64,000 nt of DNA from Phyllobates terribilis (lineage: Eukaryota): the NCBI RefSeq assembly GCF_046119375.1, contig NW_027362764.1, positions 64,666,001-64,730,000 of the forward strand, given 5' to 3'. The notes beneath the pieces are model-generated. The model was not told the DNA's origin. It saw only the letters and a program-made list of their open reading frames with translations, and did not search any database. A program made the translations under genes and the position numbers. Shown here piece by piece: positions 34,201-45,400 of this stretch (positions are counted from its first letter, which is position 1; each line of letters begins with the position of its first letter).

Positions 34201-37200
34201 TAATGGAAATAAAAACTATTGGGACACACAAGTGACACCAAAGGTGCGAAAAAATTGCACTATTTTCTGCCTTGATGTACCGCTAGTCAAAAAGCGCAAG
34301 CAAAAAATAAGAAACATGGGCATGAAATTCTAGAAATCAAATTAATTTTGCTGTAAAACACTGCAATGTCTAAACACACAAATACATGTTCGGGTCGGGG
34401 GGAGAAAACAAACCTCAGATACACTACATGTACACAAGCCATTAGGGCGTCTAACACGGGTTGTTGGGGAAAAATGGTAAATATATTTTTCAGGGGCAGC
34501 TAGATATTCAGTTTTCTTTTCAAGGGAACTCATGAAATAGTCTATGGCAGGAAACCTGGTGTAAAAGCTCGTAATTGTGCAAGACTGAATTAACTTTTGG
34601 TGGTTTTAACGTCAGCTCCACCTTTATCAGAAACGTCTTGAAGAACATGACAGATTTACTAGAAGTTCAACAATTATTATGGCCAGTTTTCCCTTTTTTT
34701 TTTTTTTTTTTCTTCTTCTAACTTGGATATGGACCTTTTTACTCAGTGCTAATTTTTATGGTCTTTAGAGGTGTGGTTCACAGGATAATAAGAGCAGAGC
34801 AGCCTAATGACACGCCCCAGAGGATCCTATACACCATGCGCCCTTGTAAAGACTATAGTTAGTCAGGGAATCAGTGGAAATAAAATAAAAGCAAAATTTG
34901 GCCACTTTTCACCTGGTGACAGATCCTCCTTAAGGTCACTCCTATATCACTTTTTAAAATAGATTATATGGTCATTCGGACTTGGATTTTCAAAGTAAGT
35001 ACACCAGCCTCATCAGTTATAAGAGATCTATATAACAATGTGTGCAGTTTGTTTTGTGAAATCTGGTGACAGCTTCAGTTTAATAAGCAACCATTTTAAC
35101 ATTTACACTGGCCAAATCTTCTGACCATAACAATTGGGACTATACTCCTCCAAGCCATACTATTTGTTTTCTGCGCTTTGTTGGCACAAGAGGTTTTCTG
35201 ACTTGCTGTTTGCACAATGATGAGTATGACATACATGATTGCTCCCCTGAAATGATCACAACAAATTTTATAATTGGATTTTTATTTAATCATTTCTATG
35301 TGAATTTTTTTCAGACGCTAAAATCTACATAGATCAAAAGAAGAGATCAATGCAACCGATGCCGCAAACGGAAAAAACAGATACTCCCGTGAAGCCGGTA
35401 GTAAGTTCATAGTTTCGTCATTTTATTTTATTTTTTTTTTTTCATTGAAACGTGTCATTAATATGTGGTAAAAGGGTTGTTGTTATTTTTGGTCTTCAGG
35501 AGTGCACCACTCGCCTGCCTTCTTTAGGGAATGGTGTGCTCCTGAAGAATGGCTCGGATGAGTGGCATGCTTGTCGTCTGCCCGGACTATGCACCTTCAG
35601 TCAGAGGGCAGCTGTGTTCTACCAGGTTTTTCACAGCTTTTTTGTTTGTGTTTTTTTTTAACAAAGGATTTAGCCCTTTGGAAAGACGGTCCTAAAATCC
35701 TCACCGCTTCCACATTATAACAGGTGTGCCGCTAATTTGGAAACTTGTGTCCTGAGTGGTGCAGATTTCTTTGGCCTCACATGGATGGAGTTTAAAATAA
35801 ATAAATAAAAATAAAATAAAATTGTTCATTTGGGTTAAAATTTACATTTCCCAAATTCTTTATTTTTTTTTTAAACAGGAAAAACGTCAACCACGTCGGC
35901 AAACAAAAGGTCAGTGATTTCTCTATTTCTTAATATTTTCTTTTGTAGAAGAAAATAACGAAGTCCTTTTGAGTGGATTTATTTTTTTATATTGTAGTAC
36001 AGAAACTGAAAAGTCCATTTATCAAGGTGGAAGACAGCAGCGGGTGCGTTCTCTCCTTTTGTATTGTGCAGGTTTCTTGCAGTGTTTGCGTCCTTGGAGA
36101 TCCCTTCTAAACCACTGTATTGTAGAGTTACTATTTTATTCACACTATTGCTCTAGAACAGAGATGTCAAACTCAAACACACAGAGGGCCAAAATGAAAA
36201 ACTTGGACAAAGTTGTGGGCCAACCAGTATACAGTATAATGGGCCCCACAAGGTCCTCCATGCAGAATAATGGGCCCCACAAGGTCCTCCATGCAGAATA
36301 ATGGGCCCCACAAGGTCCTCCATGCAGAATAATGGGCCCCACAAGGTCCTCCATGCAGAATAATGGGCCCCACAAGGTCCTCCATGCAGAATAATGGGCC
36401 CCACAAGGTCCTCCATGCAGAATAATGGGCCCCACAAGGTCCTCCATGCAGAATAATGGGCCCCACAAGGTCCTCCATGCAGAATAATGGGCCCCACAAG
36501 GTCCTCCATGCAGCATAATGGGCCCCACAAGGTCCTCCATGCAGCATAATGGGCCCCACAAGGTCCTCCATGCAGCATAATGGGCCCCACAAGGTCCTCC
36601 ATGCAGCATAATGGGCCCCACAAGGTCCTCCATGCAGCATAATGGGCCCCACAAGGTCCTCCATGCAGCATAATGGGCCCCACAAGGTCCTCCATGCAGC
36701 ATAATGGGCCCCACAAGGTCCTCCATGCAGCATAATGGGCCCCACAAGGTCCTCCATGCAGCATAATGGGCCCCACAAGGTCCTCCATGCAGCATAATGG
36801 GCCCCACAAGGTCCTCCATGCAGCATAATGGGCCCCACAAGGTCCTCCATGCAGCATAATGGGCCCCACAAGGTCCTCCATGCAGCATAATGGCCCTACA
36901 TAGGGGTGGTGGTTCTGGTGTCACGGAATAAATAAAACCACCTTGAGGGCCAGATTTGGCCCACGGACCAGAGTTTGAAGTGTGCTGTAGAAAGATCAGA
37001 CTGACCAAGAACCACAGTGTAATTTGCTGGTGCCTATTGTAAGTCCTTTGTTGGTATCGGTTGTGCAGTGGAAATGTCTATTCACCATGATTTGTGTCTT
37101 TATAATGGAAACCAAATCTCGAGTATTACCACAGCCTCAAAGGATANNNNNNNNNNNNNNNNNNNNNNNNNNNNNNNNNNNNNNNNNNNNNNNNNNNNNN

Positions 37201-40200
37201 NNNNNNNNNNNNNNNNNNNNNNNNNNNNNNNNNNNNNNNNNNNNNNNNNNNNNNNNNNNNNNNNNNNNNNNNNNNNNNNNNNNNNNNNNNNNNNNNNNNN
37301 NNNATGAAATCTGCACAGAGGAGAAAAAGATAACAACTGTTACAAATGGAAACTCGGAAAAAGGATTTGCATCGCCCTGGTCGGTTTTCCACAGGACAAG
37401 AGTCCAGCAAACCCAAATTTTGCATACTTGTGTAATCCGTGCTCTCTGTATTTCATTATGCACATTCACCACATGGTTTATGCAAGTTGTTTTATTTCAG
37501 AGCTTTAAAACTTTTATAAACTCCAGTCCTAATTATGAAAAACTTATCAATCTCTTGCAGCCAGTACAGACCCATCTTCCTGGTGTTGCCCCTTTTCCGA
37601 TCATTCCAGTCCACCGCCAAGCACTGCCATCCTGTGGCTAAGAAACCTGTTGCTGTTCCGAAACGGACAGAAAAAAAGCAAAAGTACGTGTTTTGTATCC
37701 AGATACACTGTGCTTAATCAAACATTTTCCTGCCATAAATGCATAACAAAAACACATTAATCTTCCAATGCCCTAAAACATGTAAAAATATTAGTTATTT
37801 TATATTTCATAACATTTTTGCAAGTTGCAAAAAAGCTTCAGCATTGTCTAAAATTAGTTAATATTTTAGTCTATGCTCTCCTACCAATCCTCCGCCATTC
37901 CTCGTATGTGACTGCCTGGTCACCCTGAGCCAAAACTAGAATTGAAGTGAGATCAGACACGGCGAATTTGTAGTCCAGATTCCACAACACCAAATTACAG
38001 CAGCAAATTGTAGGTGATTTCTGTGAACCGAGCTTTAAAAACCTCATCGTCCAAGCAGGCTGCGCATTTTCATATCTGCAGGATTCTCGTCCTGATTTTT
38101 GAAACGTCGCAGAATTTTATGCAGCGACATAAAAACTGCAAAAGATGGCAATATCTTAATGCGCTCCATTGAATTAATAATGAGGCTGCAGTGCAATACC
38201 ACAAACAAAACACCCATTTTTGTGTTTTTGTTTTACTGTTTTTTTTTGTTTGTTTTTTTTACTTTTTTTTTTTCTAAGTCTTAGACCACACCTTTTTTAA
38301 ATCATTTTATGTTGATTTTTTTTTTACTTTCCAGCCTAAATAAGACTTGGCATGGTCAGGATGAAGGAAATAATTCTCCAAAACTGGATGAGCGAAAAAG
38401 GCAAGGATACTGTGAATGCTGCCTTCAGAAATATGAGGATCTGAGCTCTGTAAGTACTTTCAACTGATTCATAGCCAATATCAACATAACTTGTTTTTTT
38501 CTAAGAGTGATCCTTTTGAATGGACGAAAAAATAAAACATTTGAGTCAACCCCACCACTTTATTTTTAGACTGAAAAAAACAAAACAAACCTATTTTGTA
38601 TGAGTCTGATTTATCAAAATATATCAAATTCATTTGTACACTTAAATACTGAAAAGAGAAAAAATTGAAACACCAGAACTGCAGTTTTTCTGCACCTATT
38701 AGGATACGGATATATATATATATTATGCATGAGGTTTCCTGATTCTGTTGTTCTTTACTGTTTTGTGCTGCGTTACTTCATTGCAGAGATATTGCGCTCC
38801 AAAAAAAGTATTGCGAATATGTGAAGTCTCTGCTTTGCAGTCCAATTTCTTGTTTCTTCAGAGTCTTCTCTGGGGGTGTGCACTTTTTCAACTTTTCCTC
38901 TCCCACAGATGCCGCTAATCGCAGATTGGCTGCTGATCTAGCAGCTTCACATGCTGCTGAGCTGGGATTGGCAGCGTCTCGGAGGGATGGGTGAAGGCAC
39001 ACGCCACCAGAAAAGACTCTGAAGAAGTGCAGCAGCTGGACTGCAAAGCAGAGATTTCACATATTGCGCTCCATAAGAAACGAATGTGAATATCTATGTA
39101 ATAGAGCGAGACAGTGCAAAAAGGAAAAGAGCGGCAGAGTCAGGAGCACACCATTTTTACAGCACTTTCAACGCTGTTAAAACAAAACTTGGAAAACGAG
39201 GACAAAATTGCATTTTGTGTTTGACCATTTCACCCTATTTGGAATTCTCCCCCGGTTTTCAATACATTATATGATACAATTGTGTGATTCAAAACAACAA
39301 CTTCTCTTGCAAAAAAAATACAAGTTGTCCATATGACTGTCAGTGGAGAAAATAGATGACGTTTTATGGTTCTTGGAGGAAGAAAAAAAAATGCAGGCAG
39401 AAATATTGACCTGGGCAGGAAAGGGTTAACCGGAGTAAAGCCTTCTATCCTAACTATTGTGTTTCTCCATATTGCAGCACCTTGCGAGTCAGCAGCATGT
39501 GAACTATGGTCGAGGACCCCACTATCAAGATGTGGACAATATCATTACCTCCTTCGAATTTGACTTTATTGATTGGTCCAATTTTAGACCAGAGTCACAA
39601 GGGTATCTTTTTCTTCTCTTGTATTTTGTGTTTTTTTCACACATTACACTATGTAACTCATCAGCACTAGGCATATTGGATTGATGTGAGATATAAAGGA
39701 GCCGGAGTTGTCTCGTGGTGATGATGCTCTCCTTGCTCCCTTTTAGGACCCACTAACACCTCTATATACAGTAGATAACTTATCAGTCATTGTACAGGAG
39801 GAGAAGGTGAGCTGTGACATCTATTGTGAATGGTGGATCCTATGTTATCAGTCATTCACAATAGGTGATGTCACAGCTCACCTCCTCCTGTACAATGATC
39901 TCTGTAAAGAGAAGAGTATTTGCAGCAGATTTTTTCACCGAATCCCCATTCACTTGGGTGAAAAATACTGCAAAATCGCTGAAAGAATTGACATGCTGCA
40001 GATTTGAAAAAGCACTTTGATTAAAATTTTTTTTTCCTTTCTAAAGGCCTGGATTATTTATTCCTGCTGGCAATGATTCCCCAAAACTCTTTTCTGTCAA
40101 ATTCCTGAAGATTGGTGTCCCTGTAAAAGAAACGGAAACTGCAAAACCCCCGGATGCGGCCGGCCCTTCCGTCAATAATCTGGTTTGTCATTCTGAACCG

Positions 40201-40923
40201 ATCTTTACCATTCCCTGCACGCCGCGGTCTGTATGCAGCGTCACCTGTGTGACAGACTCCCTCTCCAAACCACCTAGTTCTCAAGTCATTACACCCACTT
40301 ATGAGACCGTGTCCCCAACCCAACCGGCTGAACCCACGAACATTTCACTGGATCGCAATGAGTGCACCCAAAACAACTCGCATGCAAAGGAGAATGAAAG
40401 GAAACTGTCTGAAACTGCTCCAAGTGACCTGAACTATTTGTCTGATCCTGTAAATTTCTGCCCTGGTAAAAGACTTAAACTGGACGAATTCACGGTGGAG
40501 ACTGACAATGTGTCTGCGGCGCCACCAATGGCTACAACCGAACCATGCAAGGATTTGGTAAACGCTTTGCCGCAGCCAGACACATTATGCCACCGACCTC
40601 ACAGCTCGCCTACCAGCAAACTGCACAGAAAAGTAAAACCGTTGGAGCGGAAGGCCAAGCAAGAGGAGCGTCCCTGTAATTCTTCCTGTAAAGTCTCAGT
40701 CCCGGTTGATGAATGTGCCGTCGGGGCATCCAAAGACAGACTGGAGTGTTTGTTCCAGAGCAGCGACGGATCATCTGAGTTTTACGGCTTCTCTAGTAAC
40801 TCTGTGGACAGTCTGCAGTGTGCAGAAGATACGGCGGAGCAGCCGTCCTCTCACGGACACGTTCTCTGGTCATTGTTTTCAAATGCCGGTTCTTCTTCAG
40901 CCTCTACATTTTATGGTTTTTAA
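28258..40923 (+). CDS. DBF4: DBF4 (ASK), CDC7 kinase regulatory subunit, spliced CDS: join of 28258-28270, 29484-29656, 29916-30107, 32258-32308, 33637-33706, 35315-35400, 35879-35909, 35998-36043, 37561-37683, 38335-38449, 39478-39602, 40047-40923 (1902 nt, 633 aa)
   Basis: All introns are GT-AG, phases are consistent and the total is divisible by 3. Motif N ([11 protein letters not shown]...[19 protein letters not shown]), motif M ([18 protein letters not shown]), motif C CCHH zinc finger ([22 protein letters not shown]) and C-terminal FYGF are all present. Exon sizes 173/51/70/46/115/125 match human as recalled. The first coding exon is the least certain part. Confidence 0.93.
29484..29656 (+). 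CDS. DBF4: DBF4 exon, motif N first part (alternative ATG at 29513)
   Basis: 173 nt, gcacag acceptor, gtaagt donor; [30 protein letters not shown]. Confidence 0.93.
29916..30107 (+). CDS. DBF4: DBF4 exon, motif N second part
   Basis: 192 nt, tttag acceptor, gtaag donor; [21 protein letters not shown]...KKPGK. Confidence 0.93.
30292..30577 (+). mobile_element. tRNA-derived V-SINE
   Basis: A box TGGCTCAGTGG 30303-30313 and B box GGTTCAAATCC 30347-30357. V-domain ggagtttgtatgttctccctgtg...ttcctccggg...ctcccacac. LINE-like tail gcgctgtggaatatgttggtgctatataaataaa followed by (TTA)n. Confidence 0.85.
32258..32308 (+). CDS. DBF4: DBF4 exon ([17 protein letters not shown])
   Basis: 51 nt, tttgcag acceptor, gtgagt donor. 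Confidence 0.93.
32364..33544. mobile_element. Insertion with inverted arms of about 290 bp and a 14-bp TSD (possibly Penelope-like)
   Basis: aaaagtttatcact at 32350-32363 and 33545-33558. Arms 32421-32713 and 33256-33545 are near-identical reverse complements. Confidence 0.8.
33637..33706 (+). CDS. DBF4: DBF4 exon ([23 protein letters not shown])
   Basis: 70 nt, taacag acceptor, gtaagg donor. Confidence 0.93.
35315..35400 (+). CDS. DBF4: DBF4 exon ([29 protein letters not shown])
   Basis: 86 nt, ttttcag acceptor, gtaagt donor. Confidence 0.88.
35879..35909 (+). CDS. DBF4: DBF4 micro-exon ([10 protein letters not shown])
   Basis: 31 nt, aaacag acceptor, gtcagt donor; restores the phase between its neighbours. 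Confidence 0.82.
35998..36043 (+). CDS. DBF4: DBF4 exon, motif M first part ([15 protein letters not shown])
   Basis: 46 nt, ttgtag acceptor, gtgcgt donor. Confidence 0.92.
36159..36984. mobile_element. Non-autonomous hAT element carrying a minisatellite
   Basis: cagagatgtcaaactc ... gagtttgaagtgtg termini; 8-bp TSD ctctagaa / ctgtagaa. Confidence 0.75.
36236..36897. repeat. 31-bp minisatellite, about 21 units (ataatgggccccacaaggtcctccatgcag[a/c])
   Basis: 8 A-variant units followed by 13 C-variant units. Confidence 0.97.
37147..37303. other. Assembly gap (157 N) in a DBF4 intron
   Basis: Run of N. Confidence 1.
37561..37683 (+). CDS. DBF4: DBF4 exon, motif M second part ([17 protein letters not shown]...)
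   Basis: 123 nt, cttgcag acceptor, gtacgt donor. Confidence 0.9.
38335..38449 (+). CDS. DBF4: DBF4 exon, motif C first half (…[19 protein letters not shown])
   Basis: 115 nt, tttccag acceptor, gtaagt donor. Confidence 0.95.
39478..39602 (+). CDS. DBF4: DBF4 exon, motif C second half ([33 protein letters not shown]...)
   Basis: 125 nt, ttgcag acceptor, gtatct donor. Confidence 0.93.
40047..40923 (+). CDS. DBF4: DBF4 terminal coding exon, ending ...[10 protein letters not shown]
   Basis: cctttctaaag acceptor. Open frame to TAA at 40921-40923, including track ORF 40249-40923. Confidence 0.92.
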
Positions 40924-41016
40924 TATGGTTTTTATGATTTTATAGTTTTTATTTTATTTTTATTTTTTTTTGTATATGTATTTTGCCTATGAAATACTTT
41001 ATATAAGAAAAAAAAT

Positions 41017-41022
41017 ATTAAA
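41017..41022 (+). terminator. Probable DBF4 polyadenylation signal ATTAAA
   Basis: Variant hexamer about 95 nt after the stop codon, following a U-rich 3' UTR. Confidence 0.55.
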
Positions 41023-41308
41023 CCTGTGATTATAACTTTGCTAGTCAGAGAAAAATGATTACGTAGTGTATTGTTTTACACCCATTCCTACAAAATGATG
41101 CAAATATACATCCAGATTGCAAGCGCTGTTCTGCCATCTGCCGTATATTTACATCGCAGAAATGGCACGGTAGTTTTACCCTCGTCCCCGCCGGCAGAAG
41201 ACGGCTGTTATACACAGCTAAGCTCCAGATCTGTGTGCGGGGACCAGATCTTGTTTCTATCCCAGCACCAGGCTGAGCGAGCCTTGCAGACCCAAGATGC
41301 CTCAAAAG

Positions 41309-41822
41309 TAGTGTTGAGCGAGTGTGCTCAGTTAACCCTTTCACTGAGCATGCTTGGATGCTGAACAAGTATTTTCGGCGTGCTCGACAACTAGACAGCT
41401 GCAACACATGCAGGGATTGCCTGCGGCGGCTTGACCATAGTTGTCGTGCACGACAAAAATACTGAGGCAGCACCCGAGCGTGCTCAGTGCAGGGCTGTGG
41501 AGTCGGTAAGCCAAACCTCCAACTCCTCAATTTCCATGACTCCGACTCCCTCATACATGGCTCATGCTTAAGTGATAAATTTACTGTAGCACAGATTCAT
41601 CTCAGCTAAAAGTTCAGGAATAGGACAGACATTTATAGGACATTTCATAACTTTCCCAAATTCTTATGAAAAAACATTCCCCACAAACTACACTGAGCTA
41701 GTGTACCCAATTTAGTATATATTTTAGAAGTCTGAGTCGGTCCATTTTATTCCGACTCGACCAAAATGGGCAACTTCCCTGGCTCGGTGAAAATATTTAT
41801 CGTGCACGCTCGCTCAATACTA
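41309..41822. mobile_element. hAT MITE with a perfect 8-bp TSD
   Basis: TAGTGTTGAGCG ... CGCTCAATACTA flanked by CTCAAAAG at 41301-41308 and 41823-41830. Confidence 0.88.
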
Positions 41823-42443
41823 CTCAAAAGCAGAACGTAAGGTGGAACCTGCGGACAAAAAAGGCCACTTTTGAAATGGAGTCAATTTTCTTATTGAGTG
41901 GGTCACTGAAAAGCCATTGTACCAGGTAAGCAAGTTATCACCCACGCACTGCAGGGTCCCGCTCTCAGTACTGGTGGGGGTCCTAGCAATAAGCTACATT
42001 AGCGGAGTATGTCCGATACTGCTGTAAGGCTTTGCATGACAAAGTCTGAAGATCTGCCTATATGCTTTTCACAATCATTATACAGTAATGCATAATGTGT
42101 GGAGGTGTTAGCATCAAAACTTTATTGCAAAATAACCTATAAGTATAGCACAGAAAATATTGGGTAAACTTATTTTCTTTGACCAGTAGATGGTGCACTA
42201 GAACCGCTCATAGACAGCCAAAGTATCTGACATATTTGAGTATAGAAAGGAAGAGGTGAAAAAAAAGGATTATTTCCAACATATAACGTTGGATAGGTGA
42301 TTAATTTGCAATATAAGATCACTCCGATCAATTCCATCTGAATTAATGCATTTTGCTACCGTATATTCCATTCGATCTCCAGAAGACAGCTAAAGGCAAA
42401 CATATACAGGGCTCTGCTATCTATCTGTATATTTGTGTGTGTA

Positions 42444-45400
42444 CAAGTGGCATGTAAAAGTTTGGGCACCCTTGGTCAAAATTACTGTTATTGTGAACAG
42501 TTAATTTCACCTTCAACCTGTTTATCTGTAAAAGGCCCAAAGTTAAAGATGACACATTTACTTTGTATTTTAGGCAAACGTATGTGTATAATATATAATT
42601 TTTTTACATTTTATAACTTACTATAAGGAAAGTGGGCCGATGCAAAAGTTTTGGCACCCTGCATGGTTAGTACCTAGTAGCACCCACTTTTGAAAGTATC
42701 ACAACTTGTAAATGCTTTTTGTAGCCAGATGAGTCTTTCAGTTCTTGCTTGAGGGATTTTCATCCATTCTTCCTTGGAGAATTCTTCCAGTTCTGTGAGA
42801 TTCCTGAGTTGTCTTGCATGCTCTGCTATTTTGAGGTCTAGCCACAGATTTTCAATGTTCAGATCAGGGGACTGTGAGGGCCATTGTAAAACCTTCAGCT
42901 TGCTCCTTTTGAGGTCGTCTATTGTGGATTTTGACATATGTTTAGGATAATTATCCATTTGTAGAAGCCATCCTCTTTTCAACTTCGGCTTTTTTACAGA
43001 TGGTGTTATGTTTGCATCAAGAATTTGTTGAAATTTCATTGAATCCATTCTTCCCTCTACCCATGAAATGTTCCCCGTGCCATTGGCTGCAACACAACCC
43101 CAAAGCATGATTGATCCACCCCCATGCTTAATGTTTGGTGAGATGTTCTTTTCCTGAAATTCTGTGCCCTTTTTCTCTATAACTTCATTGGGGGACAGAG
43201 GAAACCATGGGTGTATGCTGCTGCCAATAGGAGGCTGACACTAAGCAATAAAAAAGTTAGTTCCGCCGTAGTATACACTCACCAACCGGAGGCAAACCGA
43301 TCAGTTTAGCTTAGTAACAGTAAGAGGCGGACATGGGTCTTTCAGTAGACCCATCTCTACCTCGGCTTTCAACTTTTTTCACTAATTTTCCCTTTTTTGT
43401 TTTCAGAAGGTTTCCTCTTCCACCTCTTGGAGGGAAACAGTGTGAACAGTCTGTTATCCCACATAGAGGCAGGGTACGGCGTGGACTGACACCCCGTATC
43501 CTCTTTTGTCTATCTGGCAGGACCCTAGCCCCTAACACACAAGATGTGTTCAGGTGATCCGAAGGACGGTCCCCGCAATCTGGTGAGGTTTGGACGTCCT
43601 GTAGTATTTCGGAGACATCTTCAGGGACGAAGAGGTACTTTTTTTTCCACAGGTCCATTCTCTCCGTCCACTGTGCAAGCCAGATTCTACAGGGGCTCTT
43701 TATTAAGCTTCAGCCAGACAACATCCGTGTTATAAATGGGAGTCCAGTGGGTTTGTGTGTTTGTCTCTGGGTTCATGGCTCCCTCCCTCCTGGACGCGCC
43801 CCCTTTACTCCTTCAGTGGCGCAGGTGTACTGCGTGCCTCTTTGTCACATGAGGCCAGCCGCTTCTTCCCCTTGGCCGCCATTTTCCGGCATTTATACAT
43901 CGGTATCACAGGAGCCTCTCCAGCTAGCCTTCCTGGGCCCTCCTCACCGCAGACTCTTGGGGTCAGACTGCAGCTCATTGGGGGCATTTTTCTGCTAGCC
44001 TTTAAGACCAGCCGCGACCCCCCTTGCCACTCTGGTTCTTCCCGGCGGCCTGGTTTCAAAATTTAGTCCTCAGCTTTGGGCCTCCTTCTGCAGCCGGGGG
44101 ACACCTTTTTTTTCTGTCGGCGCGGGAACTCGGCACACTCTTTTCTGCCCTCGGTGCTATCTTTCCTCTCCAGATGCCGGCATTACACCGCATTATGAAG
44201 AGAGGAGAGCTGCATCCAGGCCTACATTACTGCAGTGTTTGGGCTGACCCCCGGCTGACTAAAAGCTCCGTGCTCACCATCAGTCTCCCTGTGATCTCCA
44301 AACACCGGCTATCCTCAGGAGATATGGTAGGACAGGACATGCTTCAGGACAGACTTTGTGGTGCGGTGCACAACATAGCCGGAAGTCAGAGATTGCTATT
44401 TTGTTTAATGCTGTCAGGTATCCATACCTTGACCGCAGCACAGGAGTGCTCTTCCCTATGCCCTTTTCTCGCGGGTGCTACCACGGTGAGTAAGTTGAAG
44501 GGTATTGAGAGCAGATTGCAGCACTAGTAGTCTGTCCACGTTCTATTGAGTCAGACACACCACATACCAAGTCCCTTATGGTAGATGGCAGCAGCCACCT
44601 ACATTTTTCTGTCCACTATTCAATGAATCAGATGTGCCTTGTGGTCGACTGCAGCAGCGGTACTAGTGTTCTGTCCACTAATCAGGTGAGTCAGATGTAC
44701 CTTCTACCACGTACCTCACGTTTGATTGCAGCAGCGGTTCCTGTTCAATATCCAGTAAGTCAGATGCACCATCCACCACATGCCTCATGGTCGAATGCAC
44801 CAGTGTTTGCATTCTGCCCACCATACAGTGAGTCAGACGCACCATCTACCACGCACCACATGGCCGATCACAACAGCAATGTACTTTAAGTGCCTGGTCC
44901 GTTATCCAGTAGGTCAGACACGCATGTATCATGTACCAGATGACCGGTTGCAGTAGCGATTCAAGTGCTCTGTACGCAATCCAGGGTCAGACCCACTTCC
45001 TGCCATGCACCTCACCCTGATTGGTTGCGTCCAAGGTGCCTTGCTCACCATCCGGTTGTTTGGACCTACTGCCAACTATCCAGTATATCAGGACCTCCAT
45101 CTATCATGATCCTAATTAATGTCTATAGTTCTGTCCATGTGCACTATCCAGTGAATTAGACCCATTGTATATGATCCACATGACTAATGACAGCAGCGAT
45201 TTTATTGTTCTGTCCATTTCCTAGTGAGTCATCCTACATTACCATGATTCTCATGTCTGATCTCAGTGCGATCCAAGAGGCCTTGAGCGATCTCACCACC
45301 TGAGCTCCTTGCCTGTTTGTCGGTACTTACCTCTTCTTCTATACAGAGATATGATAAAGTCATAAGTACAAGAGTCTATTCAGCGCTGGATTTGATTCCC

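Noticed and set aside
36145-37008. Long minus-strand ORFs (287, 242 and 232 aa) with a 31-aa periodicity
   Set aside because: They are translations of the 31-bp minisatellite, which lacks stops in all three frames, and lie antisense in a DBF4 intron.
43311-45159. Cluster of 60-170 aa ORFs on both strands
   Set aside because: They lie inside the decayed DIRS element, and none keeps intact gag, RT or YR motifs.
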